DNA of 64,000 bases from an uncultured Spirochaetota bacterium (lineage in GTDB: Bacteria; Spirochaetota; UBA4802; UBA5550): NCBI GenBank assembly GCA_963827275.1, contig CAWHAA010000010.1, positions 192,001 to 256,000 on the forward strand, written 5' to 3'. Of the stretch, positions 51,075 to 61,618 are shown piece after piece. The notes below the pieces were generated by a model. It was not told the origin of the DNA. It was given only the letters and a program-made list of their open reading frames with translations, and did not search any database. The first letter of the stretch is position 1; the number at the start of each line of letters is the position of its first letter. Position numbers and translations under genes: made by a program.

Positions 51075-51689
51075 TGTGGCTGTTTCTTATGTTTGAGTTT
51101 CTATAGAGCAATCTATATTTTAAAATCAAAATCCTATTAGAATATACAATATAATATATTCATAATGTGATAACTATGTATATTTTTCCAGCTCCAAAGA
51201 AAAACTAAATAATTATAGTTAATTAAATATAATAAAACGCATGACTTTACAATAATTAGTCAATAAAAAAACCATCGAGATGGGTTTATTTTCTTTATCT
51301 TGTATTCTATATATTTTTTTAAGAAGTCACATAATCAGGCCTTTCATTATTGTAATTACACCTGAACGTTATATTCATCAATTTATAGGCACAGAGCATG
51401 GTCCGTATCATGTCATTAACGCAGATGACGTATTTTTAGAGGGGCATCCCGATAAAAGACATGAATTTGACATAATGATATATAATCGCATATTTAAAAA
51501 CACAAAGAAGCCCAGTTATCGATGAATCTTCTGGAGCAACCGGCGCGAGCAGGTCCTGTGATTAATTGTTCCGGGATCAGATTTATAAAATTACTCTTGC
51601 AAAAATTAACCATCTGGCGCATGAGGAGGAGATAGATTAAAATTCTTCATCGATGAACTGAATAAATTTCGCAGCACCATATACTATAA

Positions 51690-53108
51690 ATGAAACAAAA
51701 TAAAACCAGCCATATACTATATAGCGTATTGTTGATACTGCTTGTGGCAATCCTGAGTATTTTCATTACCCAATTGCTTTTTGTAAAAACAAAAGCGGCC
51801 GTATTTCTCCCCTTTGTACTGCTGCTCTTCGGCCTGGGCTGGCACTATGCCCCCCTGGCCGATGTCAAAAAAGTAATATTGATCTTTATCTTCCTCTATC
51901 CCCTGCTGCCATGCCTGGCCGGCTTTCAGATAGCGGACGGTGTCCCGGTATTCAGGACACAACGGATTGCAACGATACTCATCATTTTATTTCTGCTGCG
52001 GAGACAGCTATTCTTTAAATACTTCAAAAATTTCTTCGCCAGCAACACATACACCTACCCATTATTGTTTCTTATTTTATCATTATCCATGACCGCGTTC
52101 TTTTCCTACAACAAGATCGGATCAATTTTCGGGATCCTGTCACTTGTGTTTGAATCAATCATACTGGCGGTAATTGTTTATAATGCATTTGAAACAGAAA
52201 GGGATATCGACCTGCTGATCAATGCCCTTACCGCCTCGGTAATTATTTTGTGCATTCTGGGCATTTACGAGAGGCTTTTTGAACACAACATATTTTTCTT
52301 CTTCGGGGTTTTTGATCCAACTCTTGCATTTGCCACTGAATTCAACATCAGATACGGAGAAATAAGAATACAGGGCCCCTTTGATCACCCGATAGCCTTC
52401 GGCGCATATCTCGTCGCCTCTCTTACCATTGTCCTTTATAAATTCAGGGACAACATTATTCTTTTTAATATCGCATTGGCATTGGTGGCCCTTACGGTCT
52501 ATTTTACGCAATCACGGTCCGGCATGATCGGTTTTGCGTGCGTTTACATCATGTATTTTATCCTTATAAATCACAAAAAGAATTTTATCGTCAGCTTCCT
52601 GGCGATTCTCATTATTTTTATACCCAATGCCGGCACTATTCTGGATTATTACTGGGAGATGGATGAGTTGATGGACTCGCAGTACCTTCAAACGGAAAGG
52701 ACAAGGCAATTCTATTTTCTCATAGAATATATAAAAGAAAATGTACTGTTCGGATATGGCGCGATTGAGCCCCCCGCCCATCTGGTAAGCGACACCTTCG
52801 GCATGGGCCAGGCCCACCATAATACCATCGACAATTATTACCTGTTATATGCATTCCATTACGGGGTCATGGGGCTGGCAGTATATCTTATATTTTATAT
52901 CTCTATATTTTTAAAGCCGCTTATGGTATTGAAGGGGACAATCCTCAGGAACAATCTGGTCATCGCAATATTTATTTCCATAGTGGTTATCGCCATAATA
53001 AACATTGTTGTCGCACTGTGGTCCTTTCTTTTTATTATATGGATTTATCTCGGGATATTGAGCCGGATCCTGGTAAACCATACAAGCAAACCCGCATGCC
53101 GGCAATAA
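51690..53108 (+). CDS. Wzy polymerase / O-antigen ligase family protein
   Basis: Many TMs; RIQGPFDHPIAFG, TQSRSG, LFGYG, IDNYYL. Confidence 0.85.
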   Translation: MKQNKTSHILYSVLLILLVAILSIFITQLLFVKTKAAVFLPFVLLLFGLGWHYAPLADVKKVILIFIFLYPLLPCLAGFQIADGVPVFRTQRIATILIILFLLRRQLFFKYFKNFFASNTYTYPLLFLILSLSMTAFFSYNKIGSIFGILSLVFESIILAVIVYNAFETERDIDLLINALTASVIILCILGIYERLFEHNIFFFFGVFDPTLAFATEFNIRYGEIRIQGPFDHPIAFGAYLVASLTIVLYKFRDNIILFNIALALVALTVYFTQSRSGMIGFACVYIMYFILINHKKNFIVSFLAILIIFIPNAGTILDYYWEMDELMDSQYLQTERTRQFYFLIEYIKENVLFGYGAIEPPAHLVSDTFGMGQAHHNTIDNYYLLYAFHYGVMGLAVYLIFYISIFLKPLMVLKGTILRNNLVIAIFISIVVIAIINIVVALWSFLFIIWIYLGILSRILVNHTSKPACRQ

Positions 53109-53290
53109 CCCATCAAATTTAGTGCAACTTAACATTTAGAATCGATATTTTATCAATAATTTTCTATTTATTCAAAATAAAGTAATTGACAGCGGAGATG
53201 AAATGTTACTTTTCCCATACCAGAATGTAATTAATTATACGGGGATTATTTGATTGTCATTGATAGATCAGCTAATACCCCCGAGTTTCC

Positions 53291-54157
53291 ATGAAGACCG
53301 TTATCATTACGCCGAGTTACGCGCCTGACTTTGAGCGGTGCAAAATACTCTGCGAGAGCGTCACGAACTTTGCCACATCGTATGATCAACATATCATTAT
53401 CGTTGATGCCAGAGACCTTGCCCTTTTTCAGACACTCAAAGCCCCCAAGATCCGGATAATTACAAAAGAATCGATCCTGCCCCGGTGGATAAAAAAAATT
53501 CCCTTTTCAAAGAGATGGTGGTTCAGCTTTAAAACGCTTCCCGTGAGGGGCTGGATCCTGCAGCAGATAATAAAGATGTCCGTTGCCGAGCACATTGACG
53601 CGGACATGTACCTCTTCATTGATTCCGATATCATGCTGATACGGCCGGTGGACATGTCCTTTTTCATGAGAAACGGCAAGGTGCGGATGTACAGGTTCCC
53701 GCGCGTGAAAAAGGATTTCACCGAAAAGCGCCACATGGCGTGGTACCGTTATGCCGGCAAGCTATTCGGCCTCAAAGGCGAGGATTATTTACAATATGAC
53801 TATATCGGTCCTTTCGTTACATGGAGAAAAGACACACTGATAAAGATGAACAGGCATATTGAGAAATTGACCGGCAAAAAACACTGGCAGATGGAAATAT
53901 GCAACACGCTGGATTTTTCTGAATATATACTGTACGGTTTGTTCTGCGAGTTTATTCTCAAAGAAGACTCGGGGCATTACTTTGACGACACCATGATATG
54001 CCATACATCGTGGATTGAGCCCATCAACAATCTCGATGAGCTCGAGGATTTCCTGAAAAGAATAACCCCGGAGCATATCGGGATCTGCATCCAATCAAAC
54101 TTAAAAATTGAGCCTGACAAGTATATCGACTTCATCAGAAAAAATATACTCAAGTGA
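53291..54157 (+). CDS. DUF6492-like putative glycosyltransferase, copy 1
   Basis: TPSYAPDFERC, RGWILQQIIK, DSD, FSEYILYG. Confidence 0.72.
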   Translation: MKTVIITPSYAPDFERCKILCESVTNFATSYDQHIIIVDARDLALFQTLKAPKIRIITKESILPRWIKKIPFSKRWWFSFKTLPVRGWILQQIIKMSVAEHIDADMYLFIDSDIMLIRPVDMSFFMRNGKVRMYRFPRVKKDFTEKRHMAWYRYAGKLFGLKGEDYLQYDYIGPFVTWRKDTLIKMNRHIEKLTGKKHWQMEICNTLDFSEYILYGLFCEFILKEDSGHYFDDTMICHTSWIEPINNLDELEDFLKRITPEHIGICIQSNLKIEPDKYIDFIRKNILK

Positions 54158-54431
54158 CCCCCGGCAGGAAAAAACATCGGTTTTTGTTGCGTTTCTTACA
54201 TAATTACATTCCTTACATATAAAACGTGCCCTCTCACTGATTATTTTCTTGCATCCCAGCCCTACTCCCTATACCATGTCTTATTCTGACAACAATGTGA
54301 TAGTGATGCATATTCAAAATCAGCGAAAAATCTGGTTGATGCATCTTTTTGGTTTTTTCTGTGGTGTAAACATTAATAAAACAAACACTATGGCTATACT
54401 TCGCTAAAATATCATTAAAAACCGAGGTCCC

Positions 54432-55298
54432 ATGAAAACAGTAATTGTAACACCGAGCTATGCTCCCGATTTTGAACGGTGCAAGATCCTCTGCGAAAGC
54501 GTAAAAAAATTTGTCACCTCCTATGATCGTCACATTCTCATCGTCGACAGAAAAGACCTGTCGCTTTTTAAAACGATCACAGGGCCAAAGATCGAGATAA
54601 TAACAAAAGAATCGATCCTGCCCCGGTGGATAAAAAAAATTCCTTTTTCAAAAAAATGGTGGCTCAGCCTTAAAACCCTCCCGATCCGGGGATGGATCCT
54701 TCAGCAGATAATAAAATTAGCCGTTGCCGAATTTATCGACGCGGACGTTTATGTTTTCTGCGACTCGGACATAATTATTGTCCGTCCCACGGATGCGTCG
54801 GTATTCATTAAAAACGAGAAAGTCCGCCTGTTCAGATTCCCGCGCGTGGAAAAAGACTTTACCGAACCGCGGCATGTAAGCTGGTACCGTACCGCGCAGA
54901 AAATGTTCAACCTGACCGGGGATGAGTACCTCCAGGGAGACTATATCGGCCACCTCATAACATGGCGAAGAGATACGCTCTTAAAGCTTAACAGATATAT
55001 TGAAAAAAGATACGGCAAAAAAGATTGGAAAACCGTCATGGGCAATACGCTTCATTTTTCCGAATATATTCTGTATGGAATTTTCTGCGAGTTTATCTTA
55101 AAGGAGGAATCCGGGCATTATGTGGACACGACGGATATTTGCCATTCATCATGGCATTATCCGGTTGACAATCTCGATGACCTCCGTACATTTTTGGAAA
55201 AACTGCGGCCGGAGCACCACGCAATCTGCATTCAATCCAATTTGAAAATCGAGCCGCATAAATATATTGATTACATAAAAAGCGTCATTGACAAATAG
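54432..55298 (+). CDS. DUF6492-like putative glycosyltransferase, copy 2
   Basis: Same length (288 aa) and motifs as copy 1. Confidence 0.72.
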   Translation: MKTVIVTPSYAPDFERCKILCESVKKFVTSYDRHILIVDRKDLSLFKTITGPKIEIITKESILPRWIKKIPFSKKWWLSLKTLPIRGWILQQIIKLAVAEFIDADVYVFCDSDIIIVRPTDASVFIKNEKVRLFRFPRVEKDFTEPRHVSWYRTAQKMFNLTGDEYLQGDYIGHLITWRRDTLLKLNRYIEKRYGKKDWKTVMGNTLHFSEYILYGIFCEFILKEESGHYVDTTDICHSSWHYPVDNLDDLRTFLEKLRPEHHAICIQSNLKIEPHKYIDYIKSVIDK

Positions 55299-55310
55299 CA
55301 CGGGATAACA

Positions 55311-56204
55311 ATGGGGAACTCAATATCAGTAATAATACCATCATATAATTCGGATAAAACAATACCCCATACCCTCGAAAGCCTCAGGGGCCAGAACAGG
55401 GAGTATCTGAAAGAAATTATCATCGTGGATTCCTCGGACAACGAGGGGATGAAAGATGTCATAGCCAGATACAAGTCGGACACAACGATATTCGTTAATG
55501 CGGGCACCCGGGTCATTCCCTCGAAGGGAAGGAACATAGGCGCCGCCAGGGCCCGGGGAGATATTTTCGTTTTCCTTGATGCAGACGTTATCCTTAAAAA
55601 CGATTATATCGATCTCGTGGTTGAAGCGTTCCGGGATGGCGTTCTCGCGGGATGCGGAGGGATCGGCATCCCTGAATTTCAACGGGACATGGACATCGTG
55701 GTGGCGCAATATTACTTCCAGCTGAGTGAATATATACCAGTTGGCAGGACCAGGCACAAAGAGAACATGGCGGGCTGCAACTTGTTCTGCAGCAGGGAAA
55801 TCTTTTTCGCCGCTGGCGGTTTCCCCGAGATCCGCGCCACCGAAGACGTACTATTCGGCATGAACGTGAACAAAATCACCCCGACATGGTTCGTCCCGCA
55901 GGCCACAGTCATGCATATCTTCAGGGAGGACAGGGACGGATATTTGAACAACCAAAAACTGCTGGGGACCTATATCGGAGTGCTACGGTCAAACCAATCC
56001 GGGACGTTCATATACCGGGGGATAATGCCGGTCCTGCTCATGCCCCTGTTCTTTTTATATAAATTCTGCCTGGTTCTTTCCAGGGTCCTCGCGGCGGGCG
56101 GCACCCATCTCCTGCGATTGATCAGGGTATTACCGACTGTCACCTCCGGCGTATGGTACTGGACCATCGGCATGGTCCGTGGCGCGATGGGCTCTGTCAG
56201 ATGA
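55311..56204 (+). CDS. GT2 glycosyltransferase
   Basis: SVIIPSYN, IIVD, GRNIG, FLDAD, GGFPEI..ED. Confidence 0.92.
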   Translation: MGNSISVIIPSYNSDKTIPHTLESLRGQNREYLKEIIIVDSSDNEGMKDVIARYKSDTTIFVNAGTRVIPSKGRNIGAARARGDIFVFLDADVILKNDYIDLVVEAFRDGVLAGCGGIGIPEFQRDMDIVVAQYYFQLSEYIPVGRTRHKENMAGCNLFCSREIFFAAGGFPEIRATEDVLFGMNVNKITPTWFVPQATVMHIFREDRDGYLNNQKLLGTYIGVLRSNQSGTFIYRGIMPVLLMPLFFLYKFCLVLSRVLAAGGTHLLRLIRVLPTVTSGVWYWTIGMVRGAMGSVR

Positions 56205-57360
56205 AAATTCTCATATTCAGGGACAGTATAAAAAAATATTTGATTATTATAAACAGCATTCTCCTGCTGCTGCTTGCGCTATCAACTCTATGGCCCCTTG
56301 AGTTCAATCCAGAAAACAGGGTTTACAGGCTGCCGGGCGGTACCGGCCTCTTATTTGACAGGGGAGGCATGGTAACCGAGCATGACAACAATGAAGGGAT
56401 GGCGTCTCTTCTCGCGAAGCACCCGGACATAGCCCAGCTGAGCTTTGAAGTATTTTTAAGGCCCCTCTCCCGTCACGGAGATACCACCTCGGTCATCCTG
56501 TGCTTATACAACGATCACAACCCGGAGATACTCGAGATATCGCAATTTGACTCAAGTCTGGTCGTGCAGCACCGCCGGAGCCATTCCTATTTCAAAAACA
56601 CCTACCACGAGATATACGTCCCCGGCGTTTTACTGCCTGGAAAAAAGTCACTCATTACCCTCGTAATAAACAATGAAGGCGCCAGGGTGCTTGTAGATGG
56701 AGATGAAAAAGCCTATTCCCCGGCCTTTACACTGCGTAACACCATGAATGAAATTCGAAATTCACATCTTCTCCTGGGGAATGACCCGACGGTAAATGAT
56801 CCCCTCCATGCCGAATTGCATGGAGGGGCTATTTATGCGGCAGCACCGGAAGGAAAGAACATATCAAGGCATGTTGACCTGTGGAAGCAAAATAAATTTA
56901 AAGCTCTTTCCCGGGAAAAAAACATTGTCGCGCTCTACCCGATTTCAGAAAAAAAGGGCCCGTCCTCCATAATGTAATCAATGATGCAAACAACCTGCAT
57001 ATCCCCGGTACCTTATTTGCCCTGCACTACGTCTATCTCGGGCCGCCATGGCAAAATTTCTGGAAAGCAAGGCTCTTCTATATCGATTGCATAATGAATA
57101 TTCTGGGCTTTATACCGGTGGGGTTTTGTCTTATTGCGCTGCTTGTCGCTTGCTTTAAAAAATATCCGATGCGTTTCAATATGCTCGTTGTACTTATCGG
57201 GACATGCCTGAGCCTCGCCATAGAATCATTCCAGGTATTCATTCCGGCGAGGACATCATCAATAACCGATCTCGTGTTCAATTGCGCAGGATCAATTCTC
57301 GGCGTGGCGCTATTTCGTTATGCATATAACAACCTACGGATACGAAAAGAAGCACGATAA
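56201..57360 (+). pseudogene. VanZ-family membrane protein with LamG-like domain, split by a -1 frameshift at ~56949-56956
   Basis: Frame A stops at 56977; the -1 frame is open from the A run through NILGFIPVG..IESFQVFIPARTSSITDLVFN (VanZ) to 57360. Confidence 0.7.
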
Positions 57361-57370
57361 CAGGACATGC

Positions 57371-57883
57371 TCAAACAACCTTTTCCTCTTCGAAGCCCTC
57401 AAACCATCTCATCTCGTCAACAGTAAAGCAGTCCGCGAGCCCGAGGTCCGTAAAATAGTCCCTGAGTATCTTGAGGTGCAGTATTTCTTCCTCTTCTTCG
57501 GTGTAACCGGCGCTCTTTGAATTGATTATATCATGATAGGTCTCATCGACCCATTTGAAGAAGGACCCGTCTTTCTCGCTGAATATGACCCAGCTTGCGA
57601 CCATGTCGAACTTCAGGGTGTCCACCGCCCTGTTAAACTCGTCATCCGGCACCACCATGAGAGAGGTGGCCATTTCGGTCTGAAAGTAATCTCCCCAGGT
57701 AACGATGGTGGGGCGGACGCCGTATTTTTTCCTGAGCTCTTCCGCGGTTTCCTCGCGAATATACGCCTTCGTGGAAATCCTGTCGATAAAATCCTTTACG
57801 TAAACAAGGCGGCCGACCCTGCCGATACTGATAGTCCCGTCATTCACCATCGTTATGAGAGATTCGTTGATCAGGTCCTGCAT
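57371..57883 (-). CDS. Hypothetical protein
   Basis: 170-aa acidic ORF with AAGGAGG RBS and strong codon bias. Confidence 0.75.
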   Translation of the reverse strand: MQDLINESLITMVNDGTISIGRVGRLVYVKDFIDRISTKAYIREETAEELRKKYGVRPTIVTWGDYFQTEMATSLMVVPDDEFNRAVDTLKFDMVASWVIFSEKDGSFFKWVDETYHDIINSKSAGYTEEEEEILHLKILRDYFTDLGLADCFTVDEMRWFEGFEEEKVV

Positions 57884-58009
57884 GGCAGCCTCCTTAGCCG
57901 GTATGCGTGGTATAATTATTCATCGGCATTTTACAGACAGCCGCATAGCATAATTTTCACAGGACCGGGTAGTGGCCTTCCGGATTCTATCGCCGGCGGG
58001 GATTCATCT

Positions 58010-59092
58010 TCAGCGTACAAACGGTGATCGCCTGGCGAATGTGCCGAAGGCGCACTGCCCTGCATGCTCTGATACAAATTCAAGAAATCGGGTCAGGCTT
58101 TTTTCATTTGATTTTGTGAATAATTTCGAGTGTCCGATGATGACCAGCGGGAGATCGTACTCAAGGTGCCCGTATTTTTTTAGCGCGCGCTTCAGCCCGC
58201 CGATCAGCTGGCCGCCCGTGCACTGATTAAAATCCATCTTCCAGGCATGTCTCCTGACAAGCATTCCCCCTTTCGAGAGCAATTTTGCGGAGAGCGACCG
58301 CACCTGCACAGGCCCGCCGGCGGGCTCCTCCGAACCAGCCGGGCCGTCACCGAGCTGATGCATGAAACCGGTTATGACCCGGTAGAACCGGTTGAGGGAT
58401 ACAAACGCCCATATCAGCCGTTTCTCGCAGTAGATCGGTATCTCGCAGAGCTTGCTGTCAGGGTCCATTTCACATATGTTTTTTTCGCTGGCCTGCCAGG
58501 GAATTAGCTCCTGGCAGGCGTTTGAATAATCAAAATTCACCAGCCCCTCGCGGCCGCCGTATTTAAAAACCGAGGTGTCGATTGAAAATCCATTTTCAAC
58601 CAGCGCCCTCACGATATTTTCAGACGGCTGCATGGACCAGTTCGCGGCCCGGAACGCAAAGCACTCATAATCAGGCTTCACGGGCTTTAACAGGGACTCG
58701 AGAAATTCCTTCCCGCCCCCGATGATTTCATCCAGGCGCTTATAGCGTAACCGCGCAAGGTCATATTCAGAATAATCCTGCTCCCATCCGCCATTCGTAT
58801 AAACGGCGTTATAATAGGAAGAATGGACATGAAGCTGCACATCATGCCCGGTCCTGACCGCCCGTTGCAGCTGCTCAACTATCGCATCATAATGGAATTT
58901 GTCCCGGCCTTCCCTGTCCCGGTATTCCCTGAATTTCATGATTTCAGCGACATCCGCCATGATAGTCAGCTTCGCCCCGTACCTGTCAAAAAGCTTCAGC
59001 ATGCGGTCGGTCGGCTCGACCATCAATTCAAGGGGGTCGCCCTCGCCGTTTCCGTGTATCTCGTGGTCGGAAGTGAACACTATTTTTAACAT
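58010..59092 (-). CDS. Polysaccharide deacetylase-like protein
   Basis: FTSDHE, GHDVQLHVH, AFRAANW, IDTSV. Confidence 0.7.
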   Translation of the reverse strand: MLKIVFTSDHEIHGNGEGDPLELMVEPTDRMLKLFDRYGAKLTIMADVAEIMKFREYRDREGRDKFHYDAIVEQLQRAVRTGHDVQLHVHSSYYNAVYTNGGWEQDYSEYDLARLRYKRLDEIIGGGKEFLESLLKPVKPDYECFAFRAANWSMQPSENIVRALVENGFSIDTSVFKYGGREGLVNFDYSNACQELIPWQASEKNICEMDPDSKLCEIPIYCEKRLIWAFVSLNRFYRVITGFMHQLGDGPAGSEEPAGGPVQVRSLSAKLLSKGGMLVRRHAWKMDFNQCTGGQLIGGLKRALKKYGHLEYDLPLVIIGHSKLFTKSNEKSLTRFLEFVSEHAGQCAFGTFARRSPFVR

Positions 59093-59101
59093 CGCCTGCC
59101 T

Positions 59102-60241
59102 TTATCGGGAAGCATAGTATTCGGAAAGGATAGCGACGATCTGCCTGCTGGTCGTTCCGTCGCCGTAGGGATTGACCGCAGTGGACATTTTCGCATAATG
59201 CCCGCTATCGTTGAGAAGCCGGTTTGTTTCATCGACAATCTTCTTTCTGTCCGTGCCGACGAGCAGTGCGGTGCCGGCATCAATGCCCTCGGTCCTCTCC
59301 GTCACGTCCCGCATCACGAGGACCGGTTTTCCCAGGGAGGGCGCCTCTTCCTGAATGCCGCCGGAATCGGTAAGGACCAGGTATGATTTATTCATAAGCC
59401 ATATCAGATAGGGATAGTCAAGGGGCTCTATCAGGTGGATCCTTTTCTCGTTTTTAAGTATCCTGTTAACAGGCTCCCGCACGTTGGGATTCAGGTGGAC
59501 CGGGTACACTATCTCCACGTCGCCGTGAGTACCGGCTATCTCCTTCATCGCCTCGCACATGTGCTCAAACGGCGCGCCGAAGCTCTCCCTCCTGTGTCCG
59601 GTTACGAGTATTATTTTTTTCGTGAAATCAACGAACTCGAAGTAGTCATGGAACCCGGCCTCGCCCCTCTCCCTGATGATGTCCAGGCCCATGAACAGGG
59701 CGTCAATAACGGTATTGCCAACATTCCATATATTTTCCGTTATGCCTTCGCGCTGCAAGTTTTCGACCGCGCGGTCCGTGGGAGCGAAGTGGAACGTTGA
59801 AAGATGGCCGGTCAGTATCCTGTTGCCCTCCTCGGGAAACGGCGACAGCTTGTCGCCGCTCCGCAGCCCCGCCTCAAGATGGGCGACTTCCGTCTTGGTA
59901 TAATACCCCGCCAGGGAGCCGGTCAGCACGGTCGTTGTATCGCCCTGCACGAATATCAGGTCCGGCTTCAGCTCATCAAGCACCTTCTGCAGCCCCTTCA
60001 GGGACATGATGGTGACATCAAACAACGATTGTCCCGGCTTCATGATATCAAGATCATAATCCGGCTTGATCCGGAAGAAATCAAGGACCTGGTCGAGCAT
60101 TTGACGGTGCTGGGCGGTGACGCATACGCTGACATCGAACCTGTCGGGATTTTTCTGGAATTCTTTTACCAGGGGCGACATTTTTATCGCTTCCGGACGT
60201 GTACCGAAAACAAATAGAATTTTAACCTGTTTTTTGTTCAT
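59102..60241 (-). CDS. wecB: UDP-N-acetylglucosamine 2-epimerase (non-hydrolysing)
   Basis: GTRPEAIKM, QGDTTT, HLEAGLRS, TDSGGIQEEAP, NPYGDG. Confidence 0.97.
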   Translation of the reverse strand: MNKKQVKILFVFGTRPEAIKMSPLVKEFQKNPDRFDVSVCVTAQHRQMLDQVLDFFRIKPDYDLDIMKPGQSLFDVTIMSLKGLQKVLDELKPDLIFVQGDTTTVLTGSLAGYYTKTEVAHLEAGLRSGDKLSPFPEEGNRILTGHLSTFHFAPTDRAVENLQREGITENIWNVGNTVIDALFMGLDIIRERGEAGFHDYFEFVDFTKKIILVTGHRRESFGAPFEHMCEAMKEIAGTHGDVEIVYPVHLNPNVREPVNRILKNEKRIHLIEPLDYPYLIWLMNKSYLVLTDSGGIQEEAPSLGKPVLVMRDVTERTEGIDAGTALLVGTDRKKIVDETNRLLNDSGHYAKMSTAVNPYGDGTTSRQIVAILSEYYASR

Positions 60242-60544
60242 TGTGTTACCCGGGATAGTCTGTATATATTATTGAATTAAAAGAAACGGCATTTATTTAA
60301 AATTTGGAACAGTCATTTCTTTATTAATTGACACAAGAATGGGAAATATTAAATAATAGTCAACTATAATCACAATATCGATCATGTTCCCCGATTGATT
60401 TTAATAGACTTCCAATCGGGACAGGAAACGTTATTAGAGGCCTTTATTTGTCTATGACGAATTATATGTTTCCGCAAGGCACGGATTTCTGATATAATTT
60501 TTTACAATTCACTGTTTATGATATAAAAATTTGAGGACAAAAAG

Positions 60545-61303
60545 ATGCGGGTAAAAAGAATAACCATCATGGATACGCCGGTCGATCCATTAACGATGCA
60601 GGAGACAGTAGCATTAATTGACAGCGCAATAAAAGCGAAAAAAAAGATGCAGCAGTCCGATGTCAACGCATCAAAAATAATAATGATGAAAAAAGACCCC
60701 GCGCTCCGGGAAGCCGTCGTCAACTGCGACCTCATCAGCGCTGACGGACAATCGGTCGTATGGGCCTCAAGGTTACTGGGACATCCATTGCCGGAACGGG
60801 TGACCGGCGTCGATTTGATGCAAAACCTGGTAAAACTCGCCCATGAAAGAAAATACAGGGTCTTTTTCTTCGGGGCGAAGGAAGAGGTCGTTAAAAAAGT
60901 TGTGGAAGTGTATTCGGAACAATATTCCCCGGGCATCATTGCCGGGTATAGAAATGGATATTACAAGCAATCGGAAGAACCTGACATTGCCAGATCAATA
61001 GGCGCCGCCAAGCCGGATATGCTGTTTGTTGGAATGCCGTCTCCGACTAAAGAAATCTTTTTGCATAAATACTCCAAGATCCTCAATGCCACATACACGA
61101 TGGGCGTCGGTGGAAGTTTCGACGTCGTATCTGGTACTATTCCGAGGGCTCCGCTATGGATGCAACGCATGGGTCTGGAATGGGCGTTCAGGCTGATCCA
61201 GGAGCCTGGAAAATTATGGAAAAGATACCTGCAGACAAATTCATTGTTTATTTATTATTTGCTGCAGGAGCTTGTTAAAACAAGAATAGCTCCGAAGCAA
61301 TAG
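60545..61303 (+). CDS. WecG/TagA-family glycosyltransferase
   Basis: ADGQSVVWAS, ERVTGVDL, GVGGSFD, RAP, GLEWAFRL. Confidence 0.95.
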   Translation: MRVKRITIMDTPVDPLTMQETVALIDSAIKAKKKMQQSDVNASKIIMMKKDPALREAVVNCDLISADGQSVVWASRLLGHPLPERVTGVDLMQNLVKLAHERKYRVFFFGAKEEVVKKVVEVYSEQYSPGIIAGYRNGYYKQSEEPDIARSIGAAKPDMLFVGMPSPTKEIFLHKYSKILNATYTMGVGGSFDVVSGTIPRAPLWMQRMGLEWAFRLIQEPGKLWKRYLQTNSLFIYYLLQELVKTRIAPKQ

Positions 61304-61618
61304 TAGTCATTCATCCATAATTGTATATCTCTCAAGCCGGGAGAACATTTCAATTCACGCGGGATATAAATCATTTAACGTCGCATTACATCCGCCCGCC
61401 CGGGCCGCCTTCAGCTATCCGTTGTTGAATCATAATGAAGAGATTTCCCACATTTTCACATATTATAATTGACTGATTAACAACTGCGTATATCCTGTGT
61501 GTCATAGTAAGGGGACATCTGCGAACGTTTGCATTCCCGGCGCTGGCAACAGCGGGGTGTTTCATGCGTTTCCCGGCGTCACCCTTCCAATAAACAGCGG
61601 ATTTGAAGCAGAGATGAC

